DNA from: Octopus sinensis
Taxonomy: Eukaryota
DNA length: 64,000 nt
Assembly (NCBI RefSeq): GCF_006345805.1
Contig: NC_043002.1
Span: 8,990,001-9,054,000, forward strand
Direction of reading: 5' to 3'
The position numbers and the translations under genes are program-made. This document shows, piece after piece, positions 52,201 to 64,000 of the stretch; within the stretch, counting starts at the first letter, position 1, and the number at the start of each line of letters is the position of its first letter. Below the pieces are notes generated by a model, which was not told the origin of the DNA, made no database searches, and saw nothing but the letters and a program-made list of their open reading frames with translations.

Positions 52201-54348
52201 AAAATCGAGGAAAAACATTAAATCGAAGAGCGGATTCAAAATACATATGCGTGTGTTTCTTATGCTTATAGAGATATTACAAAAAAAGTTTGAGCCAAAT
52301 CTGAGTTGGCCTCGTGTACAGCTCTGGTTGAATTCATATAGAATGACCCAAAAGCAAATAAATCTCTTTCTGTATGATAAGAAGCTAGTGACTATTAAAA
52401 GGCTTTCTTCGGTACCAAGATGAATTAAGTTTTGCGAGTGAACGGACATCCTGCTGGGAGAGTGATGACCATAGATATTGAAGGAAAACAGTTACACACG
52501 ATAAAGACAACCAATACTTCTTGTATATACCCTGAGATTAAAAAAAAAGAACTAAACTTACAATACAATAAAAAGACAATATTAGTTTTGATCTATATTT
52601 ATAAATCTCAATTTGTTTTTTTCTTCCATGAACGAATTTTAGTCGGTTTATTTGTAATTTGTATGTCAATTTTTACTGTTTTTATATATTTTTTCCTTTT
52701 CTTTGTATTGTTATACTTTGTGTCGCTTTGGTACTCAGTAACGAGAGAAAGTGGATCTTTTCGGTTTGAACGGCAGTTTTTTAAAATAATTTCTACGTAA
52801 CTAAACACTTTTAAACTTCGTATACTTATAGAATGTGTTTATAAAACATCTTTTTCTCTTGGCTTTATTAAGAAAATTCTATATTTTGTAAGATATTTGT
52901 TGTTGTTTTTTCTTCAATTTCTGCAATTTCAACCAATCAATGACGTCTATTGAAATGAAAACATTCTGTGCCATATGAATATGTTCCTCCTTTAAGAAAC
53001 AGATTGGGTTTATTTACATTTCTGAAGAAGAAAATATACCCTTCCCTCCACCCCTAACCCTAACCCTAACTAACCCTAATCCTAAAACAGATTGAAATGC
53101 AATAGATCGATACTAGGGTCATAATTATGGGTGACAATTTCATATGACACCGCTAGAAAAAATTGCCGTTCAAACCGAAAAGATCCGAGAAAGTTAATAG
53201 TGCAAAGGCATATAAGAGATGGATAATAGAATGTGATAATAGTTGTGCATTCAAAGCAACCTACGTGATGGAGTACCCGTACACATTCGATGCTGAATCA
53301 TATCTATTCACAGAATTACGGATAAAATAATTTACGAAATGCTATTAGACTGAAAAATCAGAGATTAACAGCTGTTGCTGCTACGCAGAAACATTTGTAT
53401 CTTGTTAATTAAAGACTGTTTGTTCCACCTTCTTGTATAAATTTATATAAATTCTATATACTAACAGAGTTCCACATGTATATCCAGATTAACCCTGCTA
53501 ATTGATGGCATATGGTAACCGATAAACATAGAGGATCTTTTAAATATACGTTATGTGGTTATGTGGGCGAAATGCTTATACGTTATGTGGTTATGTGGGC
53601 GAAATGCTTATCTGCACTTCCTGGTGTGGCTGTGCAGACCAACAGAGGTGACCCCTGGTGCTCGTTTCCTCCGCCAATCGGATTGAGCTTATCACCGGTA
53701 ACTGTCCCTTCCCGTGTTGTGTCAGAATCTGACGATACTGCTCATCATCATCATTGTTCGACCGTGGTCGAGACAATGGAATTTACCATGCTACGCCAGA
53801 CTTCACGGTCCATCATAGCATTACGGAGGTCCTTTGCTGGATGCCTGTATCCCTGGAGATTACATCAGGGTAGGAGAGTGTGCGCCCTCTGGTATCGCGA
53901 GCAGATGGCTTCCAGAGGAGAAGAGTAGAAATTACCTCATTTTCAGCTCTACAACAATGTCCAGCAAACTGGACTCTCCTACCCTTCACAGGAGATGACA
54001 CAGGTGGTAGTTTCCCATATATTTGTACTTTGGTTGAATGACGTTTCCACGAGAGATTTTGAGCTCTCATAAGGAGGCGAGTGTAGGTTCCATCCAACTG
54101 CCTCTCAAGCTTCTTTGATAACGTCCAGGTTTCTGATCCATATAGTAGAATTGGTTCGACTGTGGCTTTGAAGATTTCAAGTTTGAAGTCTCTACTTAGA
54201 TTTAATGACCAGATCTTATGCATGTCATTACAGGCTGACCAGGCCATGAGCTTGGGGGGAAAGAAAAAAGTCACACGGAGCAAAATCAGGTGAATAGGGA
54301 GGTTGTTTCAGTACGACGATGTTCTTCTCGGCCAGGAACTGCCGGATG
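49278..54348. repeat. About 2.49-kb near-identical direct duplication (49278-51765, 51866-54348) across a 100-N gap
   Basis: Each copy has an HHR cassette (49382-49419, 51965-52002), MITE-M with TSD GAGAAAGT (50170-50608, 52753-53186), an RTE-F copy and a mariner piece. Confidence 0.93.
51766..51865. other. Assembly gap (100 N)
   Basis: Direct reading. Confidence 1.
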
Positions 54349-55584
54349 CTCAGGGCGTTGTGAGCATGCGCATTATCGTGACGAAGCAGCCACGATTTGT
54401 CCTGCCACAACTCTCGTCTCTTCTCGCGCACTAAACGGCGCAAACGCCGCAGGATCTCTTTGTAGACTTGTTGATTGACCGCTCGACGTTAACTTCAGTC
54501 CTGCTTGTTGAAGGCCTCTAGCCCCTGGCATCATCTTCTACCTGCTCGAGCTCCTCTTTGAACCTCTTGTACCTCTCAAAAACGCGTGTGTGCGACATGG
54601 TATTACCTCCACACATAAGGCGGGGAGCTGGTAGAAACGTTAGCACGCCGGGCGAAATGCGTAGCCGTATTTCGTCTGCCGTTACGTTCTGAGTTCAAAT
54701 TCCGCCGAAAACGACTTTGCCTTTCATCCTTTCGGGGTCGATAAATTAAGTACCAGTTACGTACTGGGGTCGATGTAATCGACTTAATCCGTTTGTCTGT
54801 CCTTGTTTGTCCCCTCTGTGTGTAGCCCCTTGTCGGTAGTAAAGAAATAGGTATATGTCACTGGATTTACTTTAGGACTTCCTTCGTGTCCATAGAGTTT
54901 ATAGAATATGAGAGAAAGAAAATGGAATTCATGAATTCCGCCTAGGTCGACTTTACCTTTCATCCTTTCAAGGTCGATAAATTAAGTACCAGTTACGCAC
55001 TGGGGTCGATGTAATCGACTTGATCCGTTTGTCTGTCCTTGTTTGTCCCCTCTGTGTTTAGCCCCTTGTGGGTAGTAAAGAAATAGGTATTTCGCCCGTC
55101 GCTACGTTCTGAGTTCAAATTCCACCGAGGTCGACTCTGCCTTTCAACCTTTCGGGGTCAATAAATTAAGTACCAGTTACGCACTGAGGTCGATGTAATC
55201 GACTTGATCCGTTTGTCTGTCCTTGTTTGTCCCCTCTGTGTTTGGCCCCTTGTGGGTAGTAAAATAAATAGGTGTTACATCCACACACACAGATGCTGGT
55301 GCAATTCAAGTGCTTGTGACGGAGTTTTCCCCAAATGGACCAAAAATTTCATGTTTATTCGATGCTCGGTTTTCATTGTTCGTTCTTCAGTGTTCGTAGC
55401 TGAACGACCTGAAAAAGAGGTGTAAATAAAAGCATGTGAAAAAAGATGCAATGGTTCCAGAAAGCTATGGTTACAACTATATACTCCCAAGATATCGTGT
55501 TAGCTGGTAACACAATCCGCTTTCCCGCTTTCGCCCATAGTTCACATAACACACCCAGTCCCGTTGCTTTTCAGACAAATCTCG
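54254..55584 (-). mobile_element. Decayed mariner transposon split by a SINE-C cluster (54616-55274)
   Basis: TIR-like TA-CGAGATTTGTCTGAAAAGCAACGGGAC; EHRINMKFLV, RVFERYKRFK..RPSTSRT, HDNAHAH, PPYSPDFAPCDFFL; truncated against RTE-F (53742-54253). Confidence 0.88.
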
Positions 55585-55776
55585 TATATACATACATACA
55601 TACATACATACATACATACATACATACATACATACATACATACATACATACATACATACATACACACACATATACATTATATATATATACATACATACAT
55701 ACATACATACATGCATGCATACATACATACATACATTACATACATACATAATACATACATACACACATACATACAC

Positions 55777-55809
<33 letters not shown>

Positions 55810-55813
55810 CCAC

Positions 55814-55853
<40 letters not shown>

Positions 55854-55932
55854 TTTTTTCCATATATATATGTGTGTGTGAGGGAAAAAAGTCAAGGTAG
55901 AAAAGGCTAAAATAATTTTATAAAAAACATTT

Positions 55933-56946
55933 CAGTACCGATTTCAGTCATTGAGACTTTTTCAACTGTAAGTATGGAAAACAATTAAATTTTGGAAAAA
56001 TTAAAAGAATAGTTTTTTTTAAAGAATATTTGCATAGTATTCAAATACAAGGGGCATTTTCCTTGTTTCTGCCTGTCCCTGTCTCTCTTTTTTACTCTTG
56101 TGGGTTCGAAGTCGTTGTGAATTCTTGGTAAAGAAGAAGAAGAAGAAGAATGCGGGGATGCCATGATAGTAGTAGGATGTTAAATGGTCAAGTGCGTTGA
56201 AAGTGACTTGTGGATGGTAGTAGTGGTTGAATTCTTGAGACATCTCTTTTGAATGTATTGTTTATAATATTTGCGTGAGGAAGGAAGTGGCGGAGAGGAA
56301 GAAGACGAAGAAAAGCAGGAGAAAGAGGGGAAAGAATAATACAGGAACGCAGGTGGTATGAAAGTAGTAGGGTGTTAAATGGTCAAGTGACCTAAAAGTG
56401 AATCGTTGTGGATTACAGCAGTGATTGGGACTGTTTTTAATGAATTCTTGTGTATCTCTTGAGTGTATCATTTTTAATATTCGAATATGTGTTTGTGTTA
56501 TTCTAAGGCCGTGGTGGATGTGTCGTTTGTTGTAGATGCGTTCAAAAGGGGTCTGCATTTTGTGATAAAGAGAGTCTCTTTACTAATTCGTTGGCTACAG
56601 GTTGTATCGTCCCTGAATTGGTGGAGGGGGAAAATTCTGAAGCTTGGATTTTTGTTATAGGTGCAAATGTCGATATGTTGACTGAATGCTATTTTTCTGT
56701 TTTGGGGAATTTTGAACTGGGATCTGTACAGAGCCATCCTTTGACGTAGACTGCTTTTTGTTTGGCCTATGTATTGCTCTTGACACCCAGAGCAGGTTAG
56801 TGCGTGTATCAGGTAAGCACATGAATACAAAACAAGTTGGGAAAATAGTACTCGAGTACCTTAGATGAAGTAATATGGCTTTATTTAAAGCTGCAAAATC
56901 TTCACAAACTTTTACTCAGAGTTTCACGTTCCCGTTCGTTGGAGAG
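55933..56946 (-). mobile_element. Penelope-like remnant: HHR-bearing pLTR end, GIY-YIG ORF (56498-56815), 3' region, second HHR
   Basis: LIHALTCSGCQEQYIGQT..LRQRM..KETLFI; HHR folds at 56909-56946 (degenerate) and 55933-55968. Confidence 0.82.
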
Positions 56947-57025
56947 ATATATCCATATATACATACATATGCATATATATATAATATATATATATATATA
57001 ATATATATCTATATATATATGTATG

Positions 57026-57062
<37 letters not shown>

Positions 57063-57504
57063 ATAATTAAAAAGGGTATAAATTGATATTAATCAATTAA
57101 AACCAGTGCCTACTCTTTTATCTTTTACTCTTTTACCTGTTTCAGCCATCCGGCTGAGGCCATGCTGGGGCAAACCGCCCTTCTAGCATATTTTTTAAAA
57201 AATCCGAAGATTAAAAATTTTTTTCATATAAAATTTAGAGGACTGACCACTAAAAGTGGACAGCCTATATGCTAGATATAGACGTCAAAATCGCCATTTT
57301 CCATATAATATATGTATGTATGTATTTATGTATGTAAGTATGTATGTATGTATGTATGTATGTCTGTATGTTATGTAGTATGTATGTAATGTATGTCTAT
57401 ATATATTATATATATATATATATATTATATATTATATATATATATATATATATAGAGAGAGGAGAGAGAGAGAGAGAGAGAGATAGAGAGAGAGAGATAG
57501 ATTG

Positions 57505-58290
57505 AGTCTACAAACGCAACGCAAAGAGGCAGCTTGTACTCATTCTCTTGCTCAAGCAGTTGTGTTAGAGTAAATATATGGTCCATCGAGCTGTACTTCT
57601 TCCGGAAGACGGTTTGTTCCCTGGTTGTTGTTCGTCGAGACGACGTGACAACCTATTCAGAATTATCTTTGTGAACAGCTTGTACACGTGAGACAGCAGG
57701 CATATGGGTCGGTAGTTCTTTAGATCTTCTCTATTACCCTTCTTATATATCAGGGTGGTATTTGACTCTTTCCACTGCGAGGGAATTCTTCCTTTGTTTG
57801 TAGACTATGAGAAGGCCTTCGATAGCGTCGAAACCAACGCGGTGCTGAACTCGCTGCAGAGGCAAGGAGTCGAGGCGCAATATGTGCCATCGACATAGCT
57901 CTGCTGTCATCACCCGTACGAGTGCCGGTCGAGAAGGGGGTGAAGCAAGGAGATACGATCTCTCCAAAACTTTTCACCGCATATCTCGAGCAGATCATCA
58001 GAGGCATCGACTGGCAAAGCGGTGTCAACGCCAATGGTCAGCTACTCACCTACCTCCGTTTCGCTGATGACATCGTAATCATCGCTGAAACCATGGATCA
58101 GCTTCAGACCATGCGGACGGAGCTCGACATCAAAAGCTCTGCAGTAGGTCTCAAGATGAACCGCATGAAAACGAAATTCATGCGGTCAGACAACGTACCA
58201 ACAGGTCGAATGGTGATCGACAGTGATGAAATAGAGGGGGTAAACGAATATATCTACCTGGGACAGGAAGTGAATATGTGCCGAAATATC
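57505..58290 (+). mobile_element. RTE RT fragment with inverted 5' portion
   Basis: 57505-57796 (-): QWKES..NYRPICLLS..LPLCVAFVD; 57797-58290 (+): FVDYEKAFD, GVKQGDTISPKLF, LRFADD, YIYLG. Confidence 0.88.
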
Positions 58291-58766
58291 GAAAAAAGAT
58301 ATGCGATAAAGCTAAGCCTTAAAATACTTGTGTTAGTAACGGAAGAGCTGATAATTCATCAGCACCATGTTAAAAATAATTAAATAACGAGTTAAGATAT
58401 CGTTTGCATAAACTGTTTCTTATTTTCGTTGTATTTTTATTTAATCAGTTTTTCGAAATTATGAAAGTCTTAATTCGTTAGTTACAACATTACTAACTTG
58501 AGTTATCTAGAGTTATTAAAGGAAGATAGTGGGTATTTGATAAGCAAATTCACTCATGGATACTTTTATCAGCTTCTAAGATGAGATGAACTAATCGCCA
58601 ATTATTCCGCTTAACAAACCCCCTTAAGATACTATGGAAAGATAAAGTTCCCAGATGTTTCCTCTGCACGTTGTTGGAAAGGGAATATACTCCTTATTGT
58701 TTACTGTAGTTAAAGGAAACTGTTGATTAAAGGATAGGCTGAAAATATAAGCAGTGAGAAAAACAA

Positions 58767-58807
<41 letters not shown>

Positions 58808-59476
58808 TAATTTGTCGTTTAAAGCCTGTTCACAGTATTCGGCTACCTGATATCAGTATGGAGGTATATGTCACTGGATTTACTTTAGGACTTCCTTCGT
58901 GTCCATAGAGTTTATAGAATATGAGAAAAAGAAAATGGATTCATGAAACTTTATTATTCACTCTGACCGTTTTGACGTATCGTGCCAGAGTGCATCCATA
59001 GGTGAGATACTGTACAAACAGTTGTGGTGCATCATACGTGTCAAAAGGTACCTTGCTTTCTAATCTCCGTTTCGCTTATTTCTATTAGAATACATTTTGG
59101 TAGTTGTAGCTTGCCACTCGACTACAAGAGGAACTGGGTTATTTATGTAGAACTTTTCTCATATAAGAAATAAGGAGACTTACTGTGAATCAAAAAACTA
59201 AAAAATGAAAATATAAAAAATAAGTAAATAAATCAGATAATATATTATATAGTGATAAGGAAAGGCCATAAAACAACCATGCAATCGGGATAGGACTGAA
59301 ACGATTGGACATTCAAATTGACAAAGGCTGACCTTTAAAATTCCACGAAACAAATAATTTAGCATACCCATACACACACACACACATATATATGCACATA
59401 CACACAGACACACACACACACACCGATATGAATCCACACACACACACACACACACACACACCGATATGAATCCACA

Positions 59477-59534
<58 letters not shown>

Positions 59535-59557
59535 AAGTTAATTATATAGCCGGTCAT

Positions 59558-60105
59558 AGAGTGACCAATGGTTTCGCATCCATAAAGCTCTTTGTCTTAC
59601 AGACGGCTCATCCGACTCCAATGGCTGCAAAGATATAACCTCTTTTCAAACTGGAGCTAGAAAAACATTATGGTCAGTTAATTTTCTAAGCAAAAAAATA
59701 TATTGTCCTAGCCTTAAGTGGGACGGATTATGGCCTTTGGATCAGTTCCGTTCAGCAAATTTTTACTACCCTAATCGACGAACGGGGAATCCCCATCCTT
59801 AGAGTGTTTCCAGTCTGCAAATATTTTATATGGTCCTAATCAACAAACGGAGATTCTCACGCTTGCTGTAAGTAACGTTTAAAATGCGGGCAACAGCTGT
59901 AGACATCCTTTCTGGAATTTAAAACGGTCCCCGAGTCAAGCGAATCTTTTAAGATCCTTGCCAGCTTTGCTATGCAAAGCTTGCATCGTCCGCTCCCGTT
60001 TATGTAGGACCCCGATTGATCTAGGAGCCTCCATTTAATTGCGAATGGAGTTCCTTCATTAAGGCGCCAGACGTAGCTGGGTAGGGGTGTGATGTAACAC
60101 CTTTC
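59558..60105 (-). mobile_element. Penelope-like 3' remnant (C-terminal GIY-YIG region) with hammerhead fold
   Basis: SYVWRL..FAIKW..Y.NGSGRCKLC..LNSRKD..CCPH; HHR fold at 59558-59619. Confidence 0.75.
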
Positions 60106-61148
60106 TGAAATCCTAAAGGAGAACTTATCGACGAGTGAATTAAACATGCCAAACAATTAGACACAAAAACACTAAGAACAAAATACATAACACCACGCCT
60201 CAACTCAAAACATTACTATTTATATCAACACACAACCCCAGAAACAGTGAGGCATTCAACACTATTGTGCAAACTCTTCCTTTATTGACTAGAGATCCAA
60301 AAATGAACGACATCCTGAAAACACACAAACTCATCAAATGCAAAAAGTAAGACAAATCGCCAAAGAGACTACTAACAAATGCGAAGCTTTACAAAACAAC
60401 CACGAAACCAACGGTTGAAAAATGTGGACGCCCAAACTGTGGAACCTGCCCCAACCTGCTTGAAGGCTCGGATTTCCTTTTCAAACAAGGACAGAGGTTC
60501 ACAATTAAAACTAGTTTCACTTGTGCCTCTGAGAACCTAATTTATGTAATAACCTGCTCGGGTTGCGGACACCACTATATTGGACAAACGAGTATGACCT
60601 TGAGAAAGAGAACCACTCTACATAAGGAGCAAATCCGTTTCCCGCAATACAGACAAATTCCTCTCAGTGAACATATAGAAAAATGTGCAGGTAACATCAA
60701 ACCAAATTTCACAGTCTTCCCTTTCTACCAGTGCAAAGACGCAATCTCTCCACAGGAACGTTTAAATAAAGAAACTTTTTTCATTGAAAAATACAAAACA
60801 CGTCTTAATATGCACGCATAACAACTTTTATCTTTTTACATATTTCAATTCACGATTACATCACTATACATAAATCACCTACTAAACAAGGTTTTTGAAA
60901 CTTGTCTCTGTCTGTACACATATATAATCCCCACCCATTACCGAAAGCTGAACAGCTATCTCCCTTACCCACAACAATAACAATAATAACGACAACCAAT
61001 TAGCTCCCTTTATTTATCTACTTGTGAAGTCATTCACTCGTGAATTTCATCACACACAACATGGACCAAATTTCTTCTTAAGAAAACATATATATTCAAA
61101 TAAGTAAAACATAATATCATGAATAGCGATAGCGAAACCGGTCGATAT
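60105..61148 (+). mobile_element. Penelope-like remnant (Cys-knuckle linker plus GIY-YIG) with hammerhead fold
   Basis: ISTHNPRN..CGRPNCGTC..FTCASENLIYVITCSGCGHHYIGQT..KETFFIEKY..LN; one in-frame stop; HHR fold at 61114-61148. Confidence 0.88.
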
Positions 61149-61205
61149 ATTAAAAATTATATTAAAACTATGTAAGTGTGCGTATTTTCCTTTTTTAATT
61201 ACTTA

Positions 61206-61284
<79 letters not shown>

Positions 61285-62055
61285 ATTAATATGAGAATAA
61301 AATCTATATAAGATTTTATTAAGTAGCCAGCGTATAAAACCAAGTAAGGTCAAAAAAATAAATACTAAGTATATAATTTTAAAAAATACATTATTACATT
61401 AAGGGTTCTTACAATAAGTAATGTCACACGCTGGAAAGGGACACTAAAGTCAAACTACTTTATCAAAAGTCGAGGAAATGAACAAAGAAAAAAATTGATT
61501 TTATCCTCATATTTAATTGATAAATATTAGACTGAAATATATTCAGTGCTGAATTATTTTGGTGATACACACGTGGCTGAGATGAACAGGATAGAAATCC
61601 TTTCAAGGATATATAAGTGTGAACATCTGTATATGCTTTGTGGATACGTTGTGTTCGTATGGTATGTATATGAGTTTATATTTATATATTTCTGGTTATG
61701 AGGACAAATATCCGTCGAATGTAAATAACGGAATTAGGCCCTGAGAGCCAGCATGATAAACCAAATTTTAAAATTTTCATTTAATTTTAAAATTTCAAAA
61801 CGGGCATCCAAAGAGAAAATATCCTTTATTTCATAATTCTCTAAAAGTACCATGAAACTTGGAAGTAAAAGACTAAAACAGTCATTATTGGTAACTGATT
61901 TGCCCACAGCAGTAAAAGTATATTCCTAGCATTATTACCCATCCTCTTATGGATACACACGAGTAAAAACGGATTGGTAGAATTATTAGAGCATTTAATA
62001 AAATACACAGACACACAAACACACACATACATACATATATATACATATATACCAC

Positions 62056-62205
62056 AGGCTTCTTTCAGTTTCCGTCTACAAAATCCACTCACAAAGCATT
62101 GGTCGGCCCGGGGCTATAGCAGAAGACACTTGCCCAAGATGCCACGCAGTGGGACTGAACCCAGAACCATGTGGTTCGTAAGCAAGCTACTTACCACACA
62201 GCCAC
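62056..62205 (-). mobile_element. SINE-B 5' half
   Basis: Head plus CORE-like match; other partial heads at 30196-30318, 34121-34190, 41418-41612, 41850-41888 and 42735-42810. Confidence 0.85.
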
Positions 62206-63031
62206 CTTCAGGTTTTTTATGCTTTGAGTTCAAATCTCACTGATATTAACTTTACTTTTCATCCTTCCAGTCAAATACTAGAGATGGTTTAATTGACTAA
62301 CAACATCTCTCTGCCATTTCTGACATTACACCTATGTTAGAAATGTCTAGTACCTGATGACCAACTGATTAAATTCTTAATTTTTTTTTTCTTATCAAGA
62401 TATTCAGTTCAAATCTTAAGTCGTTTAAAGGTATCAGGGTATTTTTACATAGATAAAACTCATTAGGATGATGTTGAACTCTTGACCGTGTATTGTAAAT
62501 CATTTTTTCCCCTATGTAGTAAGCTTTAATATTCCCAGTGTTCTTTTATCAATTTCTATAAAGCTGAAATGTGAAAAATTTGTTTGTCTCATTTTGGGAT
62601 GAGAACGGTAGATGGAGTCGGATTTACATGGACATGTAAAAATAGGCAAGGAAGCGACTAGACTAGGTTAGAAACCCCTATCTCAAAAGCTGTGGTTAGT
62701 AGGGCAACAAAACCCAGAGTTTGACAATTGTTTGTCCTTTCTCTCTTTCGGGTATCACCCTGTCTTCCTCGATCTCTCTCTTTCCTTCCTTCCCTGCAAT
62801 TTCTCTCTATAACGACGTTTGTCATCTTCGTCTCTCTGTCCCTCTTTCATCCACCACCTTTCTCACTGTACGTCTGTCTGTATCTATAGAGAGAAAACTT
62901 TGACTGCCGCAAAAGTTTAAATATTCCCGCCACGGGTCTTTTAGAACGGTGAATTATTATCACCACCACCACCGCACCATCATAACAGATATTATTAATC
63001 AGATATATTGTGTTAATTTATATATATGAGA

Positions 63032-63074
<43 letters not shown>

Positions 63075-64000
63075 TGTGTGTGTGCGTGTGTGTGTGTGTG
63101 TAGATATGTACATATTTAATGCGTGTGTATATATATATAATGTGTGCATATGTGGTCGGATTGAGCTGAAAATATGCACACCTATGTTAAAAGTGCTAGC
63201 GAGTTTGCATGGAAACTTTGAGTTTGCTCAATTGAAAGGCGTGGCCTCTAGGGCAAAATTCTTCATCTTTTAAAATGTAGCCCGCGTAGACCCGAATGAA
63301 ATCGGGTTATAACACCGAAACAAGTAAAACAATCTAATCTATAAAATGAAGAAGGCGAGCGTTGATACAAATTGGATTTTTATGTTAAAAGGGGATCTAA
63401 ATGGGGTTGGAAGGGGATTAAACTTTACAGGAGGGGGTAACTTGAGGTGAGAAATTGATTGGGAGACGTTTTGGGGCGCTTTGCCGTGAAGACGGGAATT
63501 TATTGATTTTTAGGGGCACTTGAGGTTCTAGATTGGACGCCTTTTGCCCAATTTCAATCAAATTTTCAACATGGTAAAGTGAAAGCGGATTTGTAATTTA
63601 AGCGCGGAAAATGGGTTCGAAATTTAAAAAATTAAGGCAGGATTCTTGAAGTTGAAAATATTTCTCATTTTTACGTATTTTTGCCTTTTATTTTTTATTG
63701 TTTACAGTTTTCATTTTTTCGGGAAGAAATTTACAGCTGCATGTAGCCCGTGTTTAGAACTTTCATTTGCATGGTCAATCGTTGAAAAATTCTCAAAATA
63801 AGTACTAAATTTAACAAAGAAATCCTTTTTTCCTTATGTTTAATTGCTCAAATAGTGGCACGTACAAAAGGCAAGTGTGCTTTCCGTTGTCACTGCCTGA
63901 TATTTATGATTGATCTTTCAAAATATTTTTCTTTCAACTTACTCAAGATCTTTTGTTTTTTATAAATGGGAGAGAGATAGATAGAGAATAACAGAGAGCG

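Noticed and set aside
53813-54443. Novel mariner-RTE fusion protein
   Set aside because: Junction of two truncated, stop-containing relics in different frames; the start codon is incidental
63285-63335. Hairpin followed by GAAACAAGUA
   Set aside because: No recognisable CUGANGA-type core or stem I

Overview
Eukaryotic, AT-rich, microsatellite-dense DNA that is almost entirely transposon debris. The SINE repertoire resembles octopod cephalopod (Octopus-like) genomes; this is inferred from recognition, not a database search. No intact protein-coding gene is present. Two phase-compatible minus-strand exon candidates (10476-10516, 7933-8048) may belong to a host gene. Supported content: at least four tRNA-derived SINE families; RTE, CR1-group and Tx1/L1 LINE remnants; two Gypsy pol fragments; a split mariner; Helitron non-autonomous copies plus a Rep fragment; a MITE family with verified 8-bp TSDs and telomere-like motifs; several foldback palindromes; four Penelope-like (GIY-YIG) remnants; and a 100-N gap flanked by a ~2.5-kb near-duplicate. 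The most notable signal is about 14 minimal type I hammerhead-ribozyme folds. Some sit downstream of the GIY-YIG remnants and others lie in short non-coding cassettes at (TA)n tracts. Many have recurrent non-canonical catalytic cores (U4C, A6U, and compensatory U3-A8 and A3-U8 pairs). All structures were read by eye and activity is untested.
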